This document shows positions 40,318 through 47,797 of a DNA stretch of 64,000 nucleotides, one piece after another. This stretch comes from Alphaproteobacteria bacterium (lineage in GTDB: Bacteria > Pseudomonadota > Alphaproteobacteria > MPNO01). The notes under the pieces were generated by a model, which saw nothing but the letters and a program-made list of their open reading frames with translations, did not search any database and was not told the DNA's origin. The stretch spans positions 640,001 through 704,000 of the forward strand of contig OZ219865.1 of assembly GCA_964291675.2 (NCBI GenBank), written 5' to 3'. Each line of letters opens with the position of its first letter. The stretch's first letter is position 1. The position numbers were made by a program, and so were the translations under genes.

Positions 40318-40848
40318 TCAGCGCAGCGGCCACGGCTCCGCGGCAAAGCCCACACTGGCCGGGACGCGCGTATACCATTCGCCCCATGCATCGGCCGCGC
40401 GCTCTTTGGCGACTGGTTCGGGCGGCTCGATGCCGTGAAGCGCAACGACTTGCGCGGCGATGCGCTGCCCGTCGATGTCGGTCACGCCGCCAACGCCCTT
40501 CGCGATATCCGCGAGCTGGACGAATTCGCCCGCCAGATTTCGCAACATGCCGTCCGCTTGCCGCGCATGTCGGCGCCAAGCGTCATCTACAGCCCAGGGA
40601 TTGACCGTTTCATCGCGCGCGCCGTCCGGGCGCATCGCGACAATGCCATCGGCGAACATGCGCAACAGGACGCGCCGCACTTCTCTATGGTCGCGCTCGC
40701 CCGTCGTTTCGACGATCCACGGCGTAGCAACGCCAACGTCCGGTGCTTCCGCGCTCGCAAGCGCCAACGCTACGCCCGTTCGCACTCGGCCTGTTCGTGC
40801 TATTGGATCGGCGACAATCGGCCGCCATAGTGTCGCGCGTCGCGCCAT
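40318..40848 (-). CDS. hypothetical protein with possible winged-HTH (candidate replication/DNA-binding protein)
   Basis: VATPWIVETTGERDHREVRRVLLRMFADGIV resembles a wHTH; GGGGGAG RBS before ATG 40848 (alternative TTG 40866). Confidence 0.5.
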   Translation of the reverse strand: MARRATLWRPIVADPIARTGRVRTGVALALASAEAPDVGVATPWIVETTGERDHREVRRVLLRMFADGIVAMRPDGARDETVNPWAVDDAWRRHARQADGMLRNLAGEFVQLADIAKGVGGVTDIDGQRIAAQVVALHGIEPPEPVAKERAADAWGEWYTRVPASVGFAAEPWPLR

Positions 40849-40862
40849 AGCCGGTCTCCCCC

Positions 40863-41162
40863 TCAACGCTTGGTTCGGTCGATCCGCACAATCGCCCCCG
40901 CCGCTTCAAGCCGAGCGAACAAACGGTCGATCATCGCCCGCCGCCCGCGGTCCCGCGCAACCTGGCGCGTCAGCCAAAGCAAGTCGAGCCACGCCGCGGC
41001 GTCAGCTTGGTCGCCGTGTTCGTTGATATGCCGGATGGCAGCGATGAACCTGTCGACCATCTTGCGTCGTTTGAGCCGGGCGAGCTTCATGGCAGCCCGC
41101 TGGATTTCAGCGGCAGTCGGCTGCTCGCCCGTCGCGTCGCAATAGCTCCATTGGTCAGGCAT
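40863..41162 (-). CDS. hypothetical helical protein (satellite)
   Basis: MPDQWSYCD...IVRIDRTKR; AAGGGG RBS; adjacent to the downstream ORF. Confidence 0.55.
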   Translation of the reverse strand: MPDQWSYCDATGEQPTAAEIQRAAMKLARLKRRKMVDRFIAAIRHINEHGDQADAAAWLDLLWLTRQVARDRGRRAMIDRLFARLEAAGAIVRIDRTKR

Positions 41163-41284
41163 CAGACCGCCCCTTGTGGACGCCCAGGGAGCCCGTACAG
41201 CGCCATAGCGGTATTCTCGGCTACCCGATGCACCCCCGCCCCTCGCATGGACGCCGTACGCGCTCCGCAGCGCCATCGTTTCGC

Positions 41285-41608
41285 CTACGCCTCGATGCCG
41301 AGCGCCCGCATTGCGTCGCGCCAGCGTTTCGGCACCGACTTCCGAGGAGCCCCGCCGCCATCGAGGAACAGCCCGACGCGCTCGACGGTGTGCGGGCCGT
41401 CCGGCAAGTCGTCGGCCTCGATCCAGCGCCACGCATTCCCGCGCTGGATCGCAACGCCGAGGACGGTCCGACGATCCGGGCCTTCGTATCCGCAGACGAC
41501 CGCCGAGCGCCCGCGGACGAGATGGGCGGCGACGAACTCGGCCTCGCCTTGAGCCCGCGCACGGTGCGCCCGCGTCCGCCGTCTGGCCGCTTTCCTGTCG
41601 CCGCTCAT
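41285..41608 (-). CDS. hypothetical protein (satellite), translationally coupled to portal
   Basis: ATGA overlap with portal stop; 107 aa, basic N-terminus. Confidence 0.6.
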   Translation of the reverse strand: MSGDRKAARRRTRAHRARAQGEAEFVAAHLVRGRSAVVCGYEGPDRRTVLGVAIQRGNAWRWIEADDLPDGPHTVERVGLFLDGGGAPRKSVPKRWRDAMRALGIEA

Positions 41609-42594
41609 TGGTCAAGTCCCGCGAGCCGCGCCGCGTCCTCGTTCGAAAACCCCGCCTGAACCAGCCGGTTCGCCGCCTGCGACCGCAGCGCCGCAGCGCG
41701 GGCAAGGTCGAGATGGCTTGCCGGTATCCACGCGTCGCGGTTGAGCCGGATTTCGGTTTCGAGCTTGGCGCTCGCTTCGACCTCGACCATGGACGCCAGC
41801 GGGTTGAACGTCCGCACGATTGCGAGCCGCCACGCCGCGGGCCCGCTGTCTCGGCCCGTCAATGGCTGCAACAGTCCGGTGATGCCGAACGCAGCCTCGA
41901 TGTCGTTGCGGACTTGCTCCCGCAGCGCCACGAGGCCCGCGCTCGGCTCGGGTCCGTAGTGCTGGCCGTGCTCGGCGCCTGGCGGCATGACTACCAGTCC
42001 GCTTCTCGCGAGCGCCGCGCCGAACGTCGCGGCGATCTGGTCGCGAACTTCCTTCCCGGCGCGCGCCATCTGTTCGCCCATGTTGATCGCATGGCCGGGC
42101 GGGATGGATGCCTCCGTTGCCGCCGCAGCGTCCACCACGACAGCGAGCGACGCGGCGCTATCGCCAGCGCCGATCGGAGCCCCGCCCGCGAGGACCAGAT
42201 GGACAACGCCGCCGTCCTCGGTGTCATGCTTCGCCGTGTTGCCGTCCGGCAGCGTGACGGAGCCCGTCCACTGGTCGCCCTTGCGCGTCGCGGCGTAGGG
42301 CAAGAGCGTTGCGGCCTCGCCTTCAAGCATGATGGCGAGCGTCGCCTTGCCGCGAAGCCCGAGTTGCCGTCCGGCCCAGTAGAGGACTTCGCCGGTCAAC
42401 GGAGCACCCGGCGTCGCGGCGGCCAGCGCCCAGCCCCATGTCCGGACGGCCGCGCCGATCAGCGTGACTTGCTCATGGCCCGGCAGCGATCCGCCGTCGA
42501 GCGTGAGCGCCCCGCCGGCCGCCAAGTCGGTTTCGGATTTCGTCCGCGTGACCCATGGCACGGCCGCGAGTAGCGCATTGAGACCCCAGCGCAT
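41605..42594 (-). CDS. divergent HK97-type phage portal protein
   Basis: IGAAVR..G.ALA, L.LRGKA, VVHL, DIEAAFGI..LL, TFNPL...VE.E...KL, LV.AG.S..DA.RLAGL follow the HK97 portal pattern; TGATG coupling with protease. Confidence 0.65.
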   Translation of the reverse strand: MRWGLNALLAAVPWVTRTKSETDLAAGGALTLDGGSLPGHEQVTLIGAAVRTWGWALAAATPGAPLTGEVLYWAGRQLGLRGKATLAIMLEGEAATLLPYAATRKGDQWTGSVTLPDGNTAKHDTEDGGVVHLVLAGGAPIGAGDSAASLAVVVDAAAATEASIPPGHAINMGEQMARAGKEVRDQIAATFGAALARSGLVVMPPGAEHGQHYGPEPSAGLVALREQVRNDIEAAFGITGLLQPLTGRDSGPAAWRLAIVRTFNPLASMVEVEASAKLETEIRLNRDAWIPASHLDLARAAALRSQAANRLVQAGFSNEDAARLAGLDQ

Positions 42595-43082
42595 CAGTAG
42601 AGCCACGGCGACGGCGCCGTGTCCTCGTCGGCCGAGCGCGCCGCGACGGTCGCGTCCGGGTAGGCGCCGGTGTCGACGACCGCGACGCCGAACAGCTCGG
42701 CCTTCTCGATCACGCGGACCCCCGCCTCGCGGCGTTCGGACAACGCGCGAAACTCGACGGACAACCCGCGCAATATTCCCGCCTCGACCAGCGCAATCGT
42801 GTCGTCGGCGTCGCGCGTGTTGGGCAAGGTCGCCTCTATCGCGAGCGAGGCCGCACTGTCGCGCAATTCGAGCCCGCCGCCGCCCGTCCGCGCCAGTGGT
42901 CGCGCACGATCATGGTGGGCGTTCAGGATCACGTCGCCTTTCGGAATGAGGCTGCCGGGCTCGAAGCGTTCCCGCTGGCCGTTCTTGACGCCGCCGGCGC
43001 CGTATTTCATCGCCACGCCCGTCAGCTTGCGGCCGTCGAGCGTGACGCCATCGGCGTATCGCCGTTCGATTGTCTGTGTCAT
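42594..43082 (-). CDS. HK97-family prohead protease
   Basis: LTGVAMKYG, ERFEPG, LNAHHD..RPLART, GLSVEF (catalytic Ser), ELFGVAVVD.GAYPDATV. Confidence 0.9.
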   Translation of the reverse strand: MTQTIERRYADGVTLDGRKLTGVAMKYGAGGVKNGQRERFEPGSLIPKGDVILNAHHDRARPLARTGGGGLELRDSAASLAIEATLPNTRDADDTIALVEAGILRGLSVEFRALSERREAGVRVIEKAELFGVAVVDTGAYPDATVAARSADEDTAPSPWLY

Positions 43083-43210
43083 GTCGAATTTCCCGTTTCG
43101 TATGGACCTGGGGAGGCCGCAGAGCGTCCATCGTCGAGGCGCAAGTGTCTCGGTAGCCCGCGAAACGACCATGGCGCTCTGCGGCGTTCCCTGTGGCTGC
43201 TGCGCGGCCG

Positions 43211-44407
43211 CTACTGGTGCTGGGCTTGGACCCTGACGAAGCCGTCGCTACGCAACACGTCCCATGCCGCCAGCATGATCGCCGTGAGCTTGACCTCGCC
43301 CGTGCCGACCGCCGAAACGCGGTCCTCGACCAGCTCGACGTTCTCCCACACGGCCGCCGCGAAATCCTGGTTTCCACCCTTCCGAATGAGAACGTCCTGC
43401 TTGTTCGCCGCCGTGTCCGGAATGTTCGCCGACACGCGGAGCCCGCCGACCAGCGCCCGCACGGCCGCGACGGACGAAGCGTCCGAATTGTTGGTGCGGT
43501 AGAGCGCCGCCCAATCCGTCAACGTGTCGGCGCCCACCATGATCCGGAGCGCCGCCTCGTCGGCCGCATAGGTCCCGTCGACGTTCGGATAGACGAACCG
43601 CGAAAAGACGGTCGCGAACGTGTCGGCCGCATTGGCTGCCGTGCGGTTCACGTCGGCGACGATCTGCGCCACGACTTGCGCATCGAAGGCAGCGCCCAGC
43701 GCCTCGCGGAGCGCTTCGCGGAGACCGGTATCGAGGCCGGCGAACCGCGCCGCGTCCGTGCGCCGATAGCGGAAACCGGCCTGGACGCGCTCGGGCGGCA
43801 GCGAGTAGAGCGCGATCACGCCGTTCGTCTCGGTCGCGTCGGTGCTATCGGTGAACGGTCCCTTGACGCTCGGATCGCTGGTCAGTACGGGATAGCCCGC
43901 CGTCCCGACTTCGACGATTTCGGGCGCGATGCCGAAGAACGCCGCATCGCCGGTCGCGAACGGGCCATAGATCAACGGACGCTCGGCGACGGATACGCTG
44001 GCAGGAACCGTGGTTGCCGCGCGCGTCTCGACGGCCAGCGCGCGGATGCTGAACTGACCGTCGGGGATGTTCCGCTCGGCGTTGTATTCGGCGGTCGGGC
44101 CGTCGAGGCTTCGACGCTCGCCCGTCACCATTGCGGCGACGGCGCCAAGGTCATACCCCGCCACCAGCGCGTCGGCCTCGCGCTGTTCGGCGGAACGCTG
44201 GTCGTTGGGGAGCTTGTCCAGCTCGCCGTCGATCCGGTCCAGCTCGCCGTTGATGGCCACGTGGCGATCCTCGATTTCGCGCTGGCGCTCAGGCTTGGGA
44301 GCGTCGGCCCGCGCCAGCTCGATGCGCTCGTTCTGGAGCGACCGCTGTTCGCGCTCCAGCTTCTTGCGCTCCATCTTCAGGCGATGGCGCTGTTGTGCGG
44401 TTGTCAT
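43211..44407 (-). CDS. HK97-fold major capsid protein with N-terminal coiled-coil (delta-domain-like) segment
   Basis: 398 aa; charged coiled-coil N-terminus, YPV...P, L.PER..A......TD, L...LR..L....D..V, C-terminal VEDR..A.TGEVKLTA...D..V.R..GF; adjacent to protease and portal. Confidence 0.8.
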   Translation of the reverse strand: MTTAQQRHRLKMERKKLEREQRSLQNERIELARADAPKPERQREIEDRHVAINGELDRIDGELDKLPNDQRSAEQREADALVAGYDLGAVAAMVTGERRSLDGPTAEYNAERNIPDGQFSIRALAVETRAATTVPASVSVAERPLIYGPFATGDAAFFGIAPEIVEVGTAGYPVLTSDPSVKGPFTDSTDATETNGVIALYSLPPERVQAGFRYRRTDAARFAGLDTGLREALREALGAAFDAQVVAQIVADVNRTAANAADTFATVFSRFVYPNVDGTYAADEAALRIMVGADTLTDWAALYRTNNSDASSVAAVRALVGGLRVSANIPDTAANKQDVLIRKGGNQDFAAAVWENVELVEDRVSAVGTGEVKLTAIMLAAWDVLRSDGFVRVQAQHQ

Positions 44408-44601
44408 GCGTAGTCCCTTCATCTGGCGGTCGCTGCGGCCACGGCCACGGGCTCGGCCGAATAGACTTCGCCCGCGTGGTGGCGCCGCATGTTGCCGCAG
44501 CGACCAGAGATGAAAGAACGCGACGCCACCCGTCCGCGAGTGGGAGGACGATCCCGCCGCAGTCGCTTCGAGTGGTGCTATTCGTTGAGCGGGGGGATTG
44601 C

Positions 44602-45174
44602 TCAGATACCGAGAGACGCTATCGCGTCGCGCGCGATGTCTCGGTCAGCGTGCCAAATGCCCTCAACGGTCTTGTAGTTGAGACCATACTTGATCGCCAC
44701 GTTGTCACAGTGGCTTTCCCCGGCGATGGCACGCCCGCCCCGGTTCTTGTCAACGCGGCGTGTTGTGCGGAGGTTGGGATTTGATCGCTGGCTACGCACG
44801 ATGTCCTTCAGGATTTCGAGGTCGCGGTCCAGCTTCGGCGCTTGACCGGGCGGCCGCTTCGCGCCGTCCAGTCGCTCCAAAATCCACTCGCGGAACTGGC
44901 GCGGCAGCGGTGCTATGTCCTGCCGCAACAGCCAAGGCGTCAATGCCGCGAGTTGATCCCAAGCGAGACGGTGCTTGCGCGCCTTGACAACGAGCCCCGC
45001 GACGCGCCCGTTGAACAACAGAGGTTGCTCGCGCCCGAGTGTTTCCAGCACGCCAGCGTGGAGCTCCGCCCATTGGGCCGGCGATCGGAGGACCTCGGAG
45101 GCAATCCCCGCGAACGCGAAATCAACCTCGTCCGGATCGTCGGGCATGTAGTAGCTTGTAGGCGTATCGGTCAC
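44602..45174 (-). CDS. hypothetical protein, possible C-terminal HTH regulator
   Basis: GTG start with GGAGG RBS; C-terminal ESHCDNVAIKYGLNYKTVEGIW is HTH-like; immediately downstream of the integrase. Confidence 0.55.
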   Translation of the reverse strand: MTDTPTSYYMPDDPDEVDFAFAGIASEVLRSPAQWAELHAGVLETLGREQPLLFNGRVAGLVVKARKHRLAWDQLAALTPWLLRQDIAPLPRQFREWILERLDGAKRPPGQAPKLDRDLEILKDIVRSQRSNPNLRTTRRVDKNRGGRAIAGESHCDNVAIKYGLNYKTVEGIWHADRDIARDAIASLGI

Positions 45175-45253
45175 GGCGGGCCTCCGAGCGGCGGCGCAAC
45201 ATTGAGCGCTCCGCAAGCTGCTGTCTCCTGCAAATCGCAGCCCCTCGCAGCCG

Positions 45254-46513
45254 TCAGCCGGTCAGGAACTCCGCCCAGTCCGCCATGACTTCGCGGCGGC
45301 GCTCCAGCATGGTCGTCCGCATGTAGGCTTGCACCGTAGCGTTGCCGTTGGCGTGAGCGAGACAGGCTTCGGCGACCTCGAACGCGACGCCGGTCTCGGC
45401 CGCCCAATCGCGAAACGTCGAACGCCATCCGTGCGGAACGGCCTCGTCGGTGACGGCTCGCAGCGCACCCACCATGTACGATGTCGGTCTCCCACGCGCT
45501 CCGATCCGCGGGAACAGCAAGCGTCCGCCGTCGAGGCGCGGCGCCACGATGGACACGGCCGCGTCCGACAGCGGCGCGACGTGTTCCCGCCCCGTCTTCA
45601 TGCGTTCGCCGGGGATCGTCCACCGGAGCGTCTTCAAATCGAATTCGGCTTGCTCGGCCTTCGCCGCTTCGATGGGCCGAACGGCGGTCAGCGCCTGCAG
45701 GCGTACAGCCGCCCCGGCCTCGGTATCCGGCAGCGCGGCAAACACGGCCGGCGCATCCTCCCCGCGCAACGCGGCGTGATGCTTTTCGGCGGGCAGCTTC
45801 GGCAACAGCTTTGCGAGCGCCCGCCCCGTCGCCACGTTGTCCTCAAGGTGTTCGGCCGCAATCGCCCAGTCCAGTACGCTGCAAATATTGCTCCGGAGCT
45901 GGATCGCGGTCCCCCGCCGTCCTTCGCGATGGTGCGGCTCCAACACGGCCGCCACGTCGCGGCGCTTGATCGCGTCAACAGGTATGTTCGCCAGTGGCGC
46001 CGCCCAGCGTTTCAGACGGGCGGCGGCCTCTTTGCGCGGGCGCTCCTTCCGTCCCGAGATGGCCAGCCATTCATCCGCCGCTTCGGCGAAGGTCGGAGCA
46101 TCGCCGGGGCGCGACGGCTCGGGATCGTCCGCCTCGAAATTGACGCCCGCCGGCGTATGAGCGTTGAGGATCGCCGCGACGATCCGCTCCTTGTCGCTGA
46201 GGTCCATACGCTCCGCGGCCGTCATCGCCGCGTCTACGGCGGGCCGCGCTCGGGCAAGGCCTCGCTCAATCTGGGCGGCTTGGTACGTCGCCGCCGCCTG
46301 TTCGCGCGCGGCGTCAAGATCGTCGAGCTTGCCGAGGCTGCGATCTACGCGCTTGCCGTCGCGGTCGGGATAGCGAAGGCGGAGATACCAAGTGCGACTT
46401 CCCGCCTTCGTCTTGCGAACCACGAGCTGGAGCCCGTTCGCGTCATCCTGATCGGCGCCGTCCCAGTAGGTGCCAGGGGGCGCGGTTTCGAGCGCTTCGG
46501 CTGTGAATTTCAT
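45254..46513 (-). CDS. P4-like tyrosine integrase
   Basis: N-terminal arm-binding domain (GLQLVV...G.RTW.LR...G...LG....L..ARE.A); catalytic R (TAVRPIE), K (MKTG), HGWR, LAH, Y (QAYMR) all intact. Confidence 0.95.
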   Translation of the reverse strand: MKFTAEALETAPPGTYWDGADQDDANGLQLVVRKTKAGSRTWYLRLRYPDRDGKRVDRSLGKLDDLDAAREQAAATYQAAQIERGLARARPAVDAAMTAAERMDLSDKERIVAAILNAHTPAGVNFEADDPEPSRPGDAPTFAEAADEWLAISGRKERPRKEAAARLKRWAAPLANIPVDAIKRRDVAAVLEPHHREGRRGTAIQLRSNICSVLDWAIAAEHLEDNVATGRALAKLLPKLPAEKHHAALRGEDAPAVFAALPDTEAGAAVRLQALTAVRPIEAAKAEQAEFDLKTLRWTIPGERMKTGREHVAPLSDAAVSIVAPRLDGGRLLFPRIGARGRPTSYMVGALRAVTDEAVPHGWRSTFRDWAAETGVAFEVAEACLAHANGNATVQAYMRTTMLERRREVMADWAEFLTG

Positions 46514-46564
46514 GGCCGCATCTCCGCTTCGCGTTGTCGCTGCGGAGACAGTAGCGGGGAGGCG

Positions 46565-46600
46565 TGTACCCAGTCAAGTACCCAAAGACCATCAGACGTG
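46565..46600. repeat. att junction (sufA side): tandem TGTACCC arm-like sites plus core TCAGACGTG
   Basis: TGTACCC 46565-46571 and AGTACCC 46577-46583 (12-bp period, inverted relative to the other end); core 46592-46600. Confidence 0.8.
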
Positions 46601-46927
46601 GAAGGATTCGCCGCAGCCGCAGCGCCCCTTCTCGTTCGGATTGTTGAACACGAAGCCGGATTGCAGCTTGTCCTCGACATAGTCCATCTCGGTGCCGACC
46701 AGGAACATCAGCGCCCTGCCGTCGATCAGCACGGTGACCCCCTTGTCCTCGACGATCTCGTCGAGCGGGTTCCTTTCGGCGGCGAACTCCATCTGGTAGG
46801 CCATGCCCGAGCAGCCGCCGGTGCGGACGCCGATGCGGAGCCCGACGGCCGGCTCATCGCGCCGCGCCATCAGGTGCCGAACGCGGTCGGCGGCGGCATC
46901 GGTCATGGTCATCGCCTGCTTGTTCAT
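46592..46927 (-). CDS. sufA: A-type Fe-S carrier protein SufA/IscA
   Basis: GGCSGM.Y, GTEMDY, FNNPN...CGCGESF. Confidence 0.95.
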   Translation of the reverse strand: MNKQAMTMTDAAADRVRHLMARRDEPAVGLRIGVRTGGCSGMAYQMEFAAERNPLDEIVEDKGVTVLIDGRALMFLVGTEMDYVEDKLQSGFVFNNPNEKGRCGCGESFHV

Positions 46928-46964
46928 CGCCTCTCCTCCGCCGTCATCCTACCCGGTCCGGCCA

Positions 46965-47324
46965 TCACATGAACCCCAGCTCGAGCTTCGCCGCCTCGCT
47001 CATCATCTCCGGCGTCCAGGGCGGGTCCCAGGTGAGCTCGACATGGACGTCGTTCACGTCGTCGACCCCGCGGACCCGCGACTCCACCTCGATGGGCAGC
47101 GACTCGGCGACCGGGCACATCGGCGAGGTGAGGGTCATCAGGATGTCGACGTCCCGGGCCTCGGACACGCTCACGTCGTAGATCAGGCCGAGCTCGTAGA
47201 TGTTGACCGGGATCTCGGGGTCGTAGACCGAGCTCACCGCCTCGATCACAATCCGGCGCAGGGTTTCCGCCTCGCCCGCCGGGCCGACAGGGGAAGCCTC
47301 GATTCCGGTCGCGTTGTCATCCAT
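46965..47324 (-). CDS. sufT: SUF system Fe-S assembly protein (SufT/DUF59)
   Basis: VYDPEIPVNIYELGLIY, MTLTSPMCPVA, WDPPW; start MDDNATG. Confidence 0.92.
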   Translation of the reverse strand: MDDNATGIEASPVGPAGEAETLRRIVIEAVSSVYDPEIPVNIYELGLIYDVSVSEARDVDILMTLTSPMCPVAESLPIEVESRVRGVDDVNDVHVELTWDPPWTPEMMSEAAKLELGFM

Positions 47325-47341
47325 CGCCGCGCTCTCCGGGC

Positions 47342-47797
47342 TCACTCGGTTGTCACGTCTTCGGCGACGCCGTCGAGCGCCGCCGCCATGGTATGCCAGG
47401 GCAGGGTCGCGCATTTGATGCGCATCGGGAACTCGCGCACCCCGATCAGGGTGGCGAGCTTGTCGAGGGCCTCGATCTCCGCCTCGGAGATGTCGCCCTT
47501 GCGGGTCACGATCTCGTGGAACCGCGCGAAGATGGCGCGCGCGTCCTGGACCCCGCCGCCCTTGATCAATTCCGTCATCATCGAAGCGGAAGCTACTGAA
47601 ATCGCGCAACCTTTGGCTTCGAAACCGATATCGGCGACGGTCCCGTTCGCGAGCCGCATATAGACCTGTATCTTGTCGCCGCAGAGCGGGTTGTTGCCGT
47701 TGGCGCGGTGGCTGTGGGGCTCCAGCGGGCCGGAATTGCGCGGGTTGCGCGAGTGGTCGAGGATGACGTCCTGGTAGAGGCTGCGGAGGTCGATCAT
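47342..47797 (-). CDS. sufU: SufU (IscU-like sulfur transfer protein)
   Basis: LYQDVILDH..NPRN, NPLCGD, GCAIS.ASAS, R.KCATL.W. Confidence 0.93.
   Translation of the reverse strand: MIDLRSLYQDVILDHSRNPRNSGPLEPHSHRANGNNPLCGDKIQVYMRLANGTVADIGFEAKGCAISVASASMMTELIKGGGVQDARAIFARFHEIVTRKGDISEAEIEALDKLATLIGVREFPMRIKCATLPWHTMAAALDGVAEDVTTE

Larger units (their letters stand above)
39171..46600 (-). mobile_element. integrated capsid-encoding phage-satellite-like element (cf-PICI-like), 7,421 bp, inserted at the 3' end of sufA
   Basis: 9-bp direct repeat TCAGACGTG at 39171-39179 and 46592-46600; P4-type integrase at one end; capsid, protease and portal genes; all genes co-oriented. Confidence 0.88.

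Noticed and set aside
41605-44407. Gene transfer agent head module or encapsulin
   Set aside because: Gene order is reversed relative to RcGTA (portal-protease-capsid), no terminase or tail genes, and the module sits in an att-bounded integrase element; a portal and prohead protease argue against an encapsulin
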